Below are positions 20,018 through 30,117 of a stretch of 64,000 nucleotides of DNA, piece by piece (the first letter of the stretch is position 1; each line of letters begins with the position of its first letter). This DNA comes from Alphaproteobacteria bacterium (GTDB lineage Bacteria; Pseudomonadota; Alphaproteobacteria; CALKHQ01). The notes under the pieces were generated by a model. It was not told where the DNA came from. It saw only the letters and a program-made list of their open reading frames with translations, and searched no databases. Position numbers and translations under genes: made by a program. The stretch lies in NCBI GenBank assembly GCA_965227515.1, contig CBDDFZ010000001.1:2688001-2752000 (forward strand), given 5' to 3'.

Positions 20018-21130
20018 ATGTATGATGACCGGCATCGCCGTGTGCACAGCACAATGCGGGGGGATGGCTTGTCCAAGCCACTGATTGCCTGCCGGAATGT
20101 CTGGAAGATCTTCGGCCCGACGCCACGCCAGATCTTGCGCACCCATAATGGCGCGCCGTCTCCGGACGACCTGAAGGCCACCGGCCACATCGCCGCGGTG
20201 CGCGACGTCTCGCTGGACGTCGGTGTCGGCGAGATCCTGGTGGTGATGGGGCTGAGCGGGTCCGGCAAGTCGACTCTGATCCGCTGCCTGGCTCGCCTGA
20301 TCGAGCCCACGTCGGGCGAGATTATGGTTGAAGGCAAGAACTTGCTGGCGGCCTCGCGCAGGGACCTGATCGAGCTGCGCCGTCATAAGATGGGCATGGT
20401 GTTCCAGCACTTCGCCTTGCTGCCGCACCGCACGGTGCTGCACAACGTGGCGTTTCCGCTGGAGATGCAGGGCATCGGCCGTTCCGCCCGCGAGATGCGT
20501 GCGCGCGAGATGATCTCCCTGGTTGGGCTGGAGGGGCGCGAGGGCTACTACCCGCGCGAGCTTTCCGGCGGCCAGCAGCAGCGCGTCGGCATCGCGCGTT
20601 CTCTCGCCGTCGGTCCCGACATCTGGTTCCTGGACGAGCCGTTTTCCGCCCTGGACCCGCTGATCCGCCGTGAGATGCAGGACGAGTTCCTGCGCCTGCA
20701 GGCGATGCTGCAGAAGTCCATCGTGTTCATCACCCACGATTTCGACGAGGCGATCCGCCTGGCCGACCGCATCGCGATCATGTTCGAGGGCGAGGTGGTG
20801 CAGATCGGCACCCCGGCCGAACTGGTGACCAATCCGGCGACGGCCTATGTGCGCGAGTTCACCAAGGAAGTGGCGCGCGACAAGGTGCTGACGGTGGCCG
20901 ACGCCATGGTCGCGGCCAACGGCAACGGTGTTGCGGGCGAGGGGCCGCCGTTGTCGGCCTCCGCCAAGCTGTCGGCGGTGGCGCCCCAGGTGCTGCAGTC
21001 GTCGACTGCGTTCGGCGTCGTCGACGACGAGGGGCGGCCGGTTGGCGCGATCTCGCGCGATCAGGTCATCGCCGCCATGTTCGCGCCCGACCAGGTGAGC
21101 GATTCGGCGCCCGGCGAGCCTGCCTCGTGA
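20018..21130 (+). CDS. ProV-like ABC ATP-binding protein with degenerate CBS tail
   Basis: GLSGSGKS, LSGGQQQRVG, DEPFSALDPLIR and FITHD; exact start uncertain. Confidence 0.9.
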   Translation: MYDDRHRRVHSTMRGDGLSKPLIACRNVWKIFGPTPRQILRTHNGAPSPDDLKATGHIAAVRDVSLDVGVGEILVVMGLSGSGKSTLIRCLARLIEPTSGEIMVEGKNLLAASRRDLIELRRHKMGMVFQHFALLPHRTVLHNVAFPLEMQGIGRSAREMRAREMISLVGLEGREGYYPRELSGGQQQRVGIARSLAVGPDIWFLDEPFSALDPLIRREMQDEFLRLQAMLQKSIVFITHDFDEAIRLADRIAIMFEGEVVQIGTPAELVTNPATAYVREFTKEVARDKVLTVADAMVAANGNGVAGEGPPLSASAKLSAVAPQVLQSSTAFGVVDDEGRPVGAISRDQVIAAMFAPDQVSDSAPGEPAS

Positions 21131-23199
21131 CCGCCAGCGCCGCGGCCGCGCCGCCGGCGCGTTTCACGCTGTCCGCCGGCAGTTGGCTGCTGATCGGCTG
21201 CCTTGCCCCGTTCGTGCTGTTGCTGGCCTTGCGCCCGGTGCTGCCCGAGGCACTGGTGCTGCTGCCGGAAACGGTCACCCTGGACTTCATCGGCTGGCTG
21301 AACGTGGTGATCGAGGCACTGCGCCGCGACGAGATCTTCGGCTGGTTCACCTTCCGCGACATCACCCGCTCTATCGCCTATGCCGTGGAATGGCCGCTGG
21401 ATGTGGTCGATGGTGTCCTGATCTCCGGCTTCGACGAGGTGCGCCTGCCGCCGCTGCCCTGGCTGGTCGACACTGCGGCCGACCTGCCGCGCGACATTCG
21501 CGAGGATGGGGTGATCGCGTTCCTGCCGGAGTTCGACCTGCCGCCGGTGCCGTGGCTGACCTTCGCGGCGCTGGCCGCCGTGTTCGGCTGGGGCCTGGGG
21601 CGCTGGCCGCTGGCCCTGCTGGCCGGCGGCACAATCGTCTACCTGGCGGTGTTCGGCACCTGGGAACTGTCGATGACGACGCTGGCGCTGGTGCTGGTCG
21701 CCGCCCCCATCGCGGTCGCCATCGCCCTCGGGCTCGGTATCGGCGCCATCTACTCAAAGACGTTCGAGCGCATCTTGTGGCCGTTCCTCAACGTCATGCA
21801 GTCGCTGCCGCACTTCTCCTACCTGATCCCGGTGGCGGTGTTCATCGGCGTGTCGCACCGGGCCGGCGCGGTGGCGACCATCCTGTTCGCGGTGCCGCCG
21901 ATGGCGCGCCTCACCATCCTCGGCCTGCGCGGCGTGCCGTCGGAAGTTATCGAGGCCGGGCGCATGGGCGGCGCCACCGGGTGGCAGATGCTGTGGAAGG
22001 TGAAGATCCCGGCCGCACGCGACACCCTGCTGGTCGGCCTGAACCAGGTGATCATGCTGTGCCTGGCGATGGTAGTGCTGGCCTCGTTCGTCGGCGCCAA
22101 GGGGCTGGGTGCCGACCTGCTCTACCGCCTGCAGAACCTGCAGATCGGCCGGGCGATGGAAAGCGGTGTCGCCATCGTGCTGATGGCGATCGCGCTCGAC
22201 CGGCTGAGCCGCGCACTGGCGCTGCGCCAGCCGGCGCACCTGCCGGCCGGCCCGTTCTGGCGCCGCCATCCGTTTTGGACGCTGGCCGGCGTGCTGGCGG
22301 TCGGCACCGCCGTGCTGGCGGCGCTGTGGCCGCCGGCGTTGGTGTGGCCGGAAGACTGGGAACTGACCACCGCACCGGAGTGGGACTGGCTTGTCGACTA
22401 CATTGCGGCCAATTGGTACGACGCGCTGTCGGTGTTCCGCGACGACCTGCTGGTCTACGTGCTGATCCCGACTCGCGAGGCGTTCCTGTGGGCGCCATGG
22501 ACCGCGGTGCTGGCGCTGGTCGCCGGCATGGGCTGGGCCATCGGCGGCTGGCGGCTGGCGCTGGTCGTCTCCGGCTTCGTCCTGTTCATCGCGCTCACCG
22601 GTTATTGGGAGCGCTCGATGATCACCACCTACATGGTGTTCAGCGCGCTGGTCGTGTGCGTGGCCATCGGCCTGCCGCTGGCCATGCTGGCGGCGCACAA
22701 CAACTTCGCCACCCGGGCGATGGAGGTGGTGTGCGACACCTTCCAGACCTTCCCGTCGTTCATCTACCTGATCCCGGTCATCATGCTGTTCCAGGTCAGC
22801 GACGTGGCGGCGATCACCGCCATCGTGATCTATGCAGGCATTCCGGTGGTGCGCTACACCATGTTCGGCCTGCGCAACGTACCGGCGCAAACACTGGAGG
22901 CGGCGAAGACCTCCGGCTGCTCGGGGTGGCAGACCCTGTGGCATGTGCGCCTGCCGCTGGCGTTGCCGGAGATCATGCTCGGCATCAACCAGACCATCAT
23001 GTTCGGCCTGTTCATGGCGATCATCGCCAGCTTCATCGGCACCACCGACCTGGGGCAGGAGATCAACCGCGCCCGCGCCGACAACGATGCCGGCAAGGGC
23101 CTGGTGTTGGGACTTTGCGTCGCCTTCATCGGGCTGGCGGCAGACCGGCTGATCGTCGCCTGGTCGGCGAAGCGCAAGAAGGCGCTGGGTCTGGACTGA
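21127..23199 (+). CDS. ProW-like ABC permease with two fused TM domains
   Basis: Two MQSLP/FQTFP..YLIP modules and two EAA loops (IEAGRMGG, LEAAKTSG). Confidence 0.9.
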   Translation: MTASAAAAPPARFTLSAGSWLLIGCLAPFVLLLALRPVLPEALVLLPETVTLDFIGWLNVVIEALRRDEIFGWFTFRDITRSIAYAVEWPLDVVDGVLISGFDEVRLPPLPWLVDTAADLPRDIREDGVIAFLPEFDLPPVPWLTFAALAAVFGWGLGRWPLALLAGGTIVYLAVFGTWELSMTTLALVLVAAPIAVAIALGLGIGAIYSKTFERILWPFLNVMQSLPHFSYLIPVAVFIGVSHRAGAVATILFAVPPMARLTILGLRGVPSEVIEAGRMGGATGWQMLWKVKIPAARDTLLVGLNQVIMLCLAMVVLASFVGAKGLGADLLYRLQNLQIGRAMESGVAIVLMAIALDRLSRALALRQPAHLPAGPFWRRHPFWTLAGVLAVGTAVLAALWPPALVWPEDWELTTAPEWDWLVDYIAANWYDALSVFRDDLLVYVLIPTREAFLWAPWTAVLALVAGMGWAIGGWRLALVVSGFVLFIALTGYWERSMITTYMVFSALVVCVAIGLPLAMLAAHNNFATRAMEVVCDTFQTFPSFIYLIPVIMLFQVSDVAAITAIVIYAGIPVVRYTMFGLRNVPAQTLEAAKTSGCSGWQTLWHVRLPLALPEIMLGINQTIMFGLFMAIIASFIGTTDLGQEINRARADNDAGKGLVLGLCVAFIGLAADRLIVAWSAKRKKALGLD

Positions 23200-23343
23200 C
23201 CCGCTGGCCGGATCACGACTTCGCAGCTGGTTGACGGTTTGCCCGGAGCGCCGATCAGGTTACATCATTCCGCGTTGCCGCTTTCGCGGAGCCGCAGTCG
23301 CGGACACCGACAATTCGAACGCCATAGGGGGAATTGATTCGCC

Positions 23344-24045
23344 ATGATCGACGTCTACACTTGGCCGACGCCCAACGGGCACAAGGTCCACATCATGCTG
23401 GAAGAGTGCGGGTTGGACTACAACGTCCACGCCGTCAACATCGGCCAGGGCGATCAGTTCGAGGCGGACTTCCTCGCTTTCAGCCCCAACAACAAGATCC
23501 CGGCCATCGTCGACAGCGACGGCCCCGACGGCAAGCCGATCTCGGTGTTCGAGTCGGGCGCGATCCTGATCTACCTGGCGGAGAAGACCGGCAAGTTCAT
23601 GCCGCCGCCGTCTCAGCCGCGCGACCGCATCGCGGTGCTGGAGTGGCTGATGTTCCAGATGGGCGGGGTGGGGCCGATGCTGGGCCAGAACCACCACTTC
23701 CGCCACTACGCGCCGGAGAAGCTGCCCTATGCCGTCGACCGCTACACCAACGAGGCCGCGCGCCTGTATGGCGTGATCGACAGGCGGGTCGGGCAGACCG
23801 CCTATCTGGCCGGCGACGACTACACCATCGCCGACATGGCGACCTTCCCCTGGCTGCGCTCCTACGAGCGGCAGGGCCAGAAGCTGGAGGACTTCCCGAA
23901 CCTGAAGCGCTGGTACGAGGGCATTGCCGCCCGCCCGGCGGTCGAGCGCGGCGTTGCCGTGCTGGCCGAGGCGCGGCGCGAGGGGCCGATCAGCGACAAG
24001 GAGCGCGAGGTCATGTTCGGGTCGAAGCAGTACGAGCGCCGCTAG
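23344..24045 (+). CDS. Glutathione S-transferase, YfcG/Nu-class (GSH-dependent disulfide oxidoreductase)
   Basis: TWPTPNGHKV, SPNNKIPAIVD, FESGAIL.YLAEK and WLMFQMGGVGPM.GQ. Confidence 0.92.
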   Translation: MIDVYTWPTPNGHKVHIMLEECGLDYNVHAVNIGQGDQFEADFLAFSPNNKIPAIVDSDGPDGKPISVFESGAILIYLAEKTGKFMPPPSQPRDRIAVLEWLMFQMGGVGPMLGQNHHFRHYAPEKLPYAVDRYTNEAARLYGVIDRRVGQTAYLAGDDYTIADMATFPWLRSYERQGQKLEDFPNLKRWYEGIAARPAVERGVAVLAEARREGPISDKEREVMFGSKQYERR

Positions 24046-24084
24046 TTCGACAACGGCCGCTCAGGCAGGCACGCCGGCAAGACG

Positions 24085-24597
24085 ATGACCGACCAGCAAT
24101 CGAACGCCGGTCAGCCGAAATGGGTGATCGGCTGCACCGCCGTGCTGGCGGTGCTGGTGCTGGTCTTCGTCGTGCTGGCGATTTTCATCTATGTCGACTA
24201 CGGAGAGCCGGAGTCCGCGTTCCCGGCGCGGCTGGCCGCGACCATCGAGGCCGCCCGCGGTGCCGACGGCACATTCGCACTGGGCGATGCCATCGAGGGC
24301 GACTGGGACGAAGTGCATCTGTTCGCGCCCGGCCTGGCCGAAGGGGCCGGCCATATCGAAGCCTGCCTCGGTTTCGCCTGGGACCAGGCAGCGCTGATCG
24401 CCGGCCATCTGGACGATGGCGCACCGGGCGGCTTTGCCATCGTCGCCGATGGTGCCGTTGTGGACTATGGCTGGCACCTGGTGGGCGCCACGCCGTTCGA
24501 GATGGACGACTGGCCGTGCGGCATCGCGCCGGGCAGCGACAGCTTTCGTGTCGACTCCGCTGGCGCGGTGCCGCGTCTGGTGCGGATCGAGGACTGA
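24085..24597 (+). CDS. Hypothetical membrane-anchored protein
   Basis: N-terminal TM helix; acidic soluble domain; GC3-biased codons; fills the gap after the GST gene. Confidence 0.6.
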   Translation: MTDQQSNAGQPKWVIGCTAVLAVLVLVFVVLAIFIYVDYGEPESAFPARLAATIEAARGADGTFALGDAIEGDWDEVHLFAPGLAEGAGHIEACLGFAWDQAALIAGHLDDGAPGGFAIVADGAVVDYGWHLVGATPFEMDDWPCGIAPGSDSFRVDSAGAVPRLVRIED

Positions 24598-24612
24598 AAC
24601 GAAGCGGCCTGA

Positions 24613-24834
24613 TCAGCCGGCAACGACCTTGCGCGGCCGTCCGCGACGCCGCTTCTGCGGCTGCGGAAACATCACCACGTCGCCGCCGCCACTGGTCAGC
24701 GCGCGCAGTTCGTTGCGAGCGCGCTCCAATTGAGCGACTTCGCGCGCATCCTCACGGTCGAATACCTGGATGCAGCTCAGCTTGATCTCGACCAGATCGG
24801 TCAAGGTCTCGATGGTTTTCGTAGACAATTGCAT
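24613..24834 (-). CDS. Small hypothetical protein with C-terminal AT-hook-like motif
   Basis: MQLSTKTIETLTDLVEIKLSCIQVFDREDARE...KRRRGRPRK. Confidence 0.65.
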   Translation of the reverse strand: MQLSTKTIETLTDLVEIKLSCIQVFDREDAREVAQLERARNELRALTSGGGDVVMFPQPQKRRRGRPRKVVAG

Positions 24835-25186
24835 GGCCGTACCTCGCGCCAACAACGTTGTTCCCCATGACCCATCCGCGCGCGTCGCCTTTCTGGCTGG
24901 GCCGCGAATGACCGTTATGCGTCACAAGGTCGAGCCAACTTATCCATGTTCATCTTAACAACAAGTTTCGCGCACTTGGCGCAATTATTTACTGTTTATG
25001 ACCGGCGTCCACCGGTGTCCTAACTTCAATTATTGCTAATTTATTGCCGGCGGCATCGGGCGCCCTGGCTCCACCGACCATGATTTGACCGCCCGAGATG
25101 GGGGACTGGTTAACCAAAGTCACATCAATTCGGCCTATTTCCGAATGGGCAAGGGTGTGATTTCTGCGGTTCAGGGGAGTGCAGCA

Positions 25187-25600
25187 ATGTCCGAAACGAC
25201 GAGTCATATGGACTCCGGCAGCGCGGGCGAACGGTTTCGGGTCGTCTCTTCGGAGCAGTCGGCGGCGGACGGGCCGCTGGGCGATGCGGAGCCGTTGGGC
25301 GAGACCGCCTACAGCCGGCGCCTGAGCGACAAGATCCTGAGCGCGTTCAACCATGCCTACGCCCTTGGCGAGGCCGATATCGCCGGCCACCTGCGCAACG
25401 CGCTGCAGGCCTGCGCCGAGCTGGAGCGCAATGTCGGCGGCACGCGCACCCAGGTACGCGCGCTCGACCAGGCCGACATGTGGGTGAACTACGTCGATGC
25501 CCGCGACGCCTTCAACGCGGTAAAGCGCCGCCGGGAAGGCAATGCCGACCAGGCCCTGACGCGCATGCGCGAAGCCTATCGCCGCTGGTCCAACTCGTAA
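25187..25600 (+). CDS. Hypothetical helical protein (RRLSDKI motif)
   Basis: ATG 25187 follows GGGGAG; RRLSDKILSAFNHAY..GE..IA resembles small conserved Rhodospirillales proteins as I recall them. Confidence 0.6.
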   Translation: MSETTSHMDSGSAGERFRVVSSEQSAADGPLGDAEPLGETAYSRRLSDKILSAFNHAYALGEADIAGHLRNALQACAELERNVGGTRTQVRALDQADMWVNYVDARDAFNAVKRRREGNADQALTRMREAYRRWSNS

Positions 25601-25604
25601 TTTC

Positions 25605-26972
25605 TCACGCTCTAATCGCTGCTTCTACCGACAGGCCGTAGCCGAGCAGGCGCTCGTCGTTGCCGAAGGTGTCCGACAGCAGCAGGCTGGTCGGCATGCC
25701 GCTGGCGCCCGTGCCGCTGGGCAGCGCCAGGCCGCACATATTGAGGAAGTTCCCGATAAAGGTGTTGCGCAGCGTCTTGATGTTGACGCGGCCGAACAGC
25801 TCCTGGTCCGCATCCAGGGGTGCGACCTCCGGCGCCACCCATGCGGTGGTCGGGAAGGCCAGCAAGGCACCGTCCAGTCGTGCGGTCAGGTCGGCGATCA
25901 TGCGTTCGCGCGCGCGCTGCACCGTGATCAGATCGAAGGACGACATATTCCTGCCGCCGACGATGCGCGCCACCACCCGTGGGTCCATGCGCTCGACATC
26001 CGGCCCGTCGACCCGCTGGTGATGCACGGAGTAGGCTTCGGCCGCGACGAGGGAGCCGTGCGCGGCGGTCAGGTCCCCGAACTCCGCGAACAGGTCCATC
26101 GGCCCGCGTTCGATGCTGGCACCGGCATCGGCCAGCTTTGCGATGGCGGCCTCGAAGTTGGCGCCCACCGCGTCTTCGATGCCGTCGAACACCACGGTTT
26201 CCGGAATGTAGAGCCTCAGCTCCGACAACGGCCGGCGGCGCACCGGTGTCGACACCGCGCCGCGCAGCGCCATGTCGAGCAGGACGCAGTCCTCCACCGA
26301 ACGGGCCAGCGGCCCCACCGTGTCCAGGGTGTCGGACAGCGGGTAGACGCCGGTCTTGTCGATGCGCCTGGCGCTGGTCTTGTGGCCGACCAGGCCGTTG
26401 AACGCCGACGGAATGCGCACTGACCCGCCGGTGTCGGTGCCGATGGCGCAGGGTGCCAGGCCGGCGGCGACAGCCACCCCGCTGCCCGACGAGGACCCGC
26501 CCGGTGCACGGGCAACGTTCGGATCGTGCGGGTTGCGCGGCGTGCCGAAATGCGGGTTCAGGCCAAGCCCGGAATAGGCGAACTCGCTGAGGTTGACCTT
26601 GCCGAGCGAGACCATGCCGGCGGCCGTGGCGTTGGCGACCGTGGACGCGTCGGCTGCTGCCGGCGGTGCGTCGCGCAACAGGTCCGACGCACAGGACGTC
26701 ACCTCTCCGGCCATGTCGAACAGGTCTTTCCAGGCGATCGGCACGCCGTCGAGGGCTGAGCGGGGATTGCCCGCCTTCAGGCGCGCCTCGGCGGCCTTGG
26801 CCTCGCTCAGCGCCCGGTCGCGGGTGACCCGCAGGAAGACAGTCTGGTCGTCGGATGCCGCGATGGCGTCGAGCAGGTGCTCGGTCAGGTCAACCGGGCT
26901 TACGGCACCGGCGGCAAGTGCCCGGCCGATGGCAGCGGCGCTCTGGCCGGCAAGGGTCGCGATGTCGGTCAT
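25605..26972 (-). CDS. Amidase-signature family protein
   Basis: GVPIAWKDLFD, PGGSSSGS and IGTDTGGSVRIP (Ser-cisSer-Lys triad). Confidence 0.92.
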   Translation of the reverse strand: MTDIATLAGQSAAAIGRALAAGAVSPVDLTEHLLDAIAASDDQTVFLRVTRDRALSEAKAAEARLKAGNPRSALDGVPIAWKDLFDMAGEVTSCASDLLRDAPPAAADASTVANATAAGMVSLGKVNLSEFAYSGLGLNPHFGTPRNPHDPNVARAPGGSSSGSGVAVAAGLAPCAIGTDTGGSVRIPSAFNGLVGHKTSARRIDKTGVYPLSDTLDTVGPLARSVEDCVLLDMALRGAVSTPVRRRPLSELRLYIPETVVFDGIEDAVGANFEAAIAKLADAGASIERGPMDLFAEFGDLTAAHGSLVAAEAYSVHHQRVDGPDVERMDPRVVARIVGGRNMSSFDLITVQRARERMIADLTARLDGALLAFPTTAWVAPEVAPLDADQELFGRVNIKTLRNTFIGNFLNMCGLALPSGTGASGMPTSLLLSDTFGNDERLLGYGLSVEAAIRA

Positions 26973-27736
26973 TACAGGCTCACCGAAAGACCGCCGTCGA
27001 CCGCCAGCACGTGACCGTTGACGTAAGACGCCGCGTCGGAGGCGAGGAACACCACGGCGCCGCCGATTTCCGGCGGCTGCGCCCAGCGGCCGAGCGGGGT
27101 GCGCCCCTCGACCCAGGCGGTGAACTCCTTGTCGTCCAGCAGGGCCGTGTTCATCTCGGTCGCGAAATAGCCGGGCGCTATGGCGTTGACGGTGATGCCG
27201 GTCTTGCCAAGCTCGGCGGCCAGCGACCGGGTCAGTCCGTGCAGCCCCGCCTTGGCCGCGACATAGCCGTGGATGGTCGGGCGGCCCAGGATGGCGGCGA
27301 CCGAGCCGGTCGAGATGATGCGCCCGAACCCGTTCGGCAACATGGCGCGTGCCGCCTCCCGCGCGAGCTGGAAGCAGGCGGTCAGGTTGGTCGCGATCAC
27401 CCGGTTGAAGTCGGCATCCGACCAGTCGGTCAGCGGCTCGCGATGCTGGATACCGGCGTTGTTGACCAGGATGTCCAGCCGGCCGTGCTGCTTGGCGAGC
27501 CCGGCGACGCCGGCCTTTACCGCATCGGGGTCGGCGACGTCGAACGCCAGGCCCTCGGCCGCGAGCCCCTGGTCGGACAGCTTCTTGGCGGCGGCGTTGA
27601 TGGTTTCGCCGTGACGGCCGTTCAGGGCCACGGTCGCGCCGGCGCGCGCCAGCGCCTCGGCCATCGCGAAGCCGAGCCCGCGCGAGGCGCCGGTGACCAG
27701 GGCGACCCGGCCGTTGAGCGAAAACGTGTCAGTCAT
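26972..27736 (-). CDS. SDR oxidoreductase (gluconate 5-dehydrogenase-like)
   Basis: TGASRGLG, NNAGIQHR, YVAAK and APGYF.TEMN; ATG 27736 follows AAGGAG; 1-nt overlap with the amidase gene. Confidence 0.9.
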   Translation of the reverse strand: MTDTFSLNGRVALVTGASRGLGFAMAEALARAGATVALNGRHGETINAAAKKLSDQGLAAEGLAFDVADPDAVKAGVAGLAKQHGRLDILVNNAGIQHREPLTDWSDADFNRVIATNLTACFQLAREAARAMLPNGFGRIISTGSVAAILGRPTIHGYVAAKAGLHGLTRSLAAELGKTGITVNAIAPGYFATEMNTALLDDKEFTAWVEGRTPLGRWAQPPEIGGAVVFLASDAASYVNGHVLAVDGGLSVSL

Positions 27737-27925
27737 TGGGGTAGTCTCCTTGGGCGAACGGGCCCGGGTTGCCGGCGGTGGCCGGCCATGTTCGAGAAGC
27801 GGCGACAGTGAAGCGCGAATGCACGCCCGCGCCAAGCCCTGCGTGACGAAATGGATAGTGCTAGGTTGTTTGGCGTTTCGGAAGCCGACCCGGAGCACAC
27901 CGTACAGACCGAAGCAGGGCAATCC

Positions 27926-28036
27926 GAGCAAGGGCAAGCCGCCTACACGCCGCTGATCTTGCGGCTCTACGACTGGTACGTGCTGGGGCTGCCCAATCAC
28001 CTGGTCTGAGGATGCTCCACGGCATGGCTGCGCGCG
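27926..28036 (+). pseudogene. Remnant 5' fragment of a class I SAM-dependent methyltransferase gene
   Basis: Hand translation EQGQAAYTPLILRLYDWYVLGLPNHLV*GCSTAWLRA, with an in-frame TGA at 28007 where Trp is expected; similarity stops just before the palindromic repeat. Confidence 0.5.
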
Positions 28037-28058
28037 CCCTGCCCAGGCTACGCGCGAT

Positions 28059-28215
28059 CGTCATCCTCGGGCTCGTCCCGAGGATCCATTTATGTCCAAT
28101 TTTTCAATGGGCTAAGGGAGTTGCTTAGTATTGGTGGCGGCCAATCGATAGACGTCCCGCCGCGACGATCGAACACTGCATATCCATGGGTCCTCGCCAC
28201 AAGGGCGAGGACGAC
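28059..28215. repeat. GTCAT-type REP-like palindromic doublet (divergent copy)
   Basis: cgtcatcctcgggctcgtcccgaggatccat ... atgggtcctcgccacaagggcgaggacgac. Confidence 0.7.
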
Positions 28216-28254
28216 AATTCTGGAAGGCACAAGGCCGAGGGCGTCAGTAAATGT

Positions 28255-29547
28255 TTACGGATACGCCACCGCGGGCAGGACGGTGCCGGTGGCCTCGCCG
28301 AAGCCGATGCGGTGGCCGTCGCCCTGGGCCCAACCGGTCAGCGTCAGCGTGTCGCCGTCCTCGATGAAGGTGCGGGTGCCGCCATCCGCCAGCGCGATCG
28401 GGTTCTGGCCGTTCCAGGTGAGTTCCAGCAGGCTGCCGAAGCTGCCCTCGTCGGGGCCGCTGATGGTGCCCGACCCCAAGAGGTCGCCGGTCCGCATCGC
28501 GCAGCCGCCGGCCGCGTGATGGACCAGTTGCTGCGCGCTCGACCAGTACATGTGCCTGAAATTGGTGCGGCTGATGGTGGTGGCGCTGCCACCCGCCGGC
28601 TGCAACGCGACCTCCAGCTCGATGTCATAGTTGCGGGCATCGGCCTGGCGCAGATAGGGCAGGGGCGTCGGGGCCTGGACCGGTCCCTCGGCGCGGAACG
28701 GGGCGAGCGCGAAGTTGGTCACCACCCAGGGCGAGATGGTGGTCGCGAACGCCTTCGACTGGAACGGCCCCAGCGGCTGGTATTCCCAGACCTGGATGTC
28801 GCGCGCGCTCCAGTCGTTCAGCAGCACGAAGCCGAAGATCATGTTGTCGGCGTGGTCGATGGGGATCGGCGTCCCCATCCGGCTCGGCATGCCGACCACC
28901 ACGCCCATCTCCAGCTCGATGTCGAGCTTGGCGCACGGCCCGAACGACGGTGCTTCCGCGTCCGGTGCCTTGGTTTGGCCGAGCGGGCGATGGATGCCGG
29001 TGCCGCTGACCACCACGGTGCTGGCCCGGCCGTTGTAGGCGATGGGGATGTGCAGCCAGTTCGGCATCAGCGCCTTGTCCGGCCCGCGAAACATCTTGCC
29101 GACGTTGGTCGCGTGCTCGCGCGAGGAGTAGAAGTCGGTAAAGCCCGCGACCTCGAACGGCAGGTGCATGGTGGCCGACGACAACGGTACCAGCGCCCCG
29201 GCGCGCAGGTCGGCGTCGTCGCGCAGCCGCCCGTTGTCCGGCGACAACAACGACGAGAGCGTGCGCCGCACATCGCGCCAGGCCGCCGGCCCCTGGGCCA
29301 TGAACGGGTTCAGGACCGGTGCCAGCAGACAGTCGCCCACCTCCGGCAACAGGCGGGCCTGGGCCAGAACAGCCATGTCGAGCACCTGGTCGCCGATGGC
29401 GACGCCGATCCGCCGCACCGCCTCGCCGGACCGGGAGAACACGCCGAACGGCAGGTTCTGGATCGGGAACGGGCAGGCCGGGTCGTTGGCCGCCTCCACC
29501 CAGCTCTTGCGCGCCGGGTCGTGGGTGGCATCGAGGGGAATGGTCAT
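28255..29547 (-). CDS. fahA: Fumarylacetoacetase
   Basis: FPIQNLPFGVF, TDFYSSREHATNVG, YNGRAS, LDIELEMG, NDWSARDIQ.WEY.PLGPF and GDLLGSGTISG. Confidence 0.96.
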   Translation of the reverse strand: MTIPLDATHDPARKSWVEAANDPACPFPIQNLPFGVFSRSGEAVRRIGVAIGDQVLDMAVLAQARLLPEVGDCLLAPVLNPFMAQGPAAWRDVRRTLSSLLSPDNGRLRDDADLRAGALVPLSSATMHLPFEVAGFTDFYSSREHATNVGKMFRGPDKALMPNWLHIPIAYNGRASTVVVSGTGIHRPLGQTKAPDAEAPSFGPCAKLDIELEMGVVVGMPSRMGTPIPIDHADNMIFGFVLLNDWSARDIQVWEYQPLGPFQSKAFATTISPWVVTNFALAPFRAEGPVQAPTPLPYLRQADARNYDIELEVALQPAGGSATTISRTNFRHMYWSSAQQLVHHAAGGCAMRTGDLLGSGTISGPDEGSFGSLLELTWNGQNPIALADGGTRTFIEDGDTLTLTGWAQGDGHRIGFGEATGTVLPAVAYP

Positions 29548-30092
29548 TCGGTGTTACTGCCCGTCGCGCTACCGTCGTGCATCCAGCGGGCGTGCTGCGG
29601 TGCGCGCCGGGTCCGGGCCCACTCGTTCAGCATGTCCCACTTCACCTCGTCGAGCTTGCGGTCCATCTCCGGCGTGCCGGTGTCGACCGCCAGCTCGATG
29701 CGGTGGCCGCTGGGATCGAAGAAGTAGATCGACTTGAAGATCGTGTGGTCGACCGGCCCCAGCACGCTGTGGCCGTCTGCCTCCAGCCGCGCCTTGGCGG
29801 CCAGCAGCGTCTCCATGCTGTCGACCCGGAGCGCCAGGTGCTGCACCCATTCCGGCGTGTTCGGGTCGCGGCCCATTTCCGGTTTGGTCGGCAGCTCGAA
29901 GAACGCCAGGATGTTGCCGTTGCCCGCATCCAGGAACACGTGCATGTACGGGTCCGGCTCTTTGGTCGAGGGCACCTGGTCCTCCGCGATCGCCAGCACG
30001 AAGTCCATATCCAGATACTTGCCGTACCACTCCACCGTTTCCTTGGCGTCGCGGCAGCGATAGGCCACGTGGTGGACGCCTGCGAGCTTCAT
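29544..30092 (-). CDS. VOC/glyoxalase family protein
   Basis: HHVAYRC, YMHVF, LAFFE, QHLAL and SIYFFDPSGHRIEL. Confidence 0.9.
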   Translation of the reverse strand: MKLAGVHHVAYRCRDAKETVEWYGKYLDMDFVLAIAEDQVPSTKEPDPYMHVFLDAGNGNILAFFELPTKPEMGRDPNTPEWVQHLALRVDSMETLLAAKARLEADGHSVLGPVDHTIFKSIYFFDPSGHRIELAVDTGTPEMDRKLDEVKWDMLNEWARTRRAPQHARWMHDGSATGSNTE

Positions 30093-30117
30093 CGATTTCC
30101 TCCACCCAACAATTGCT

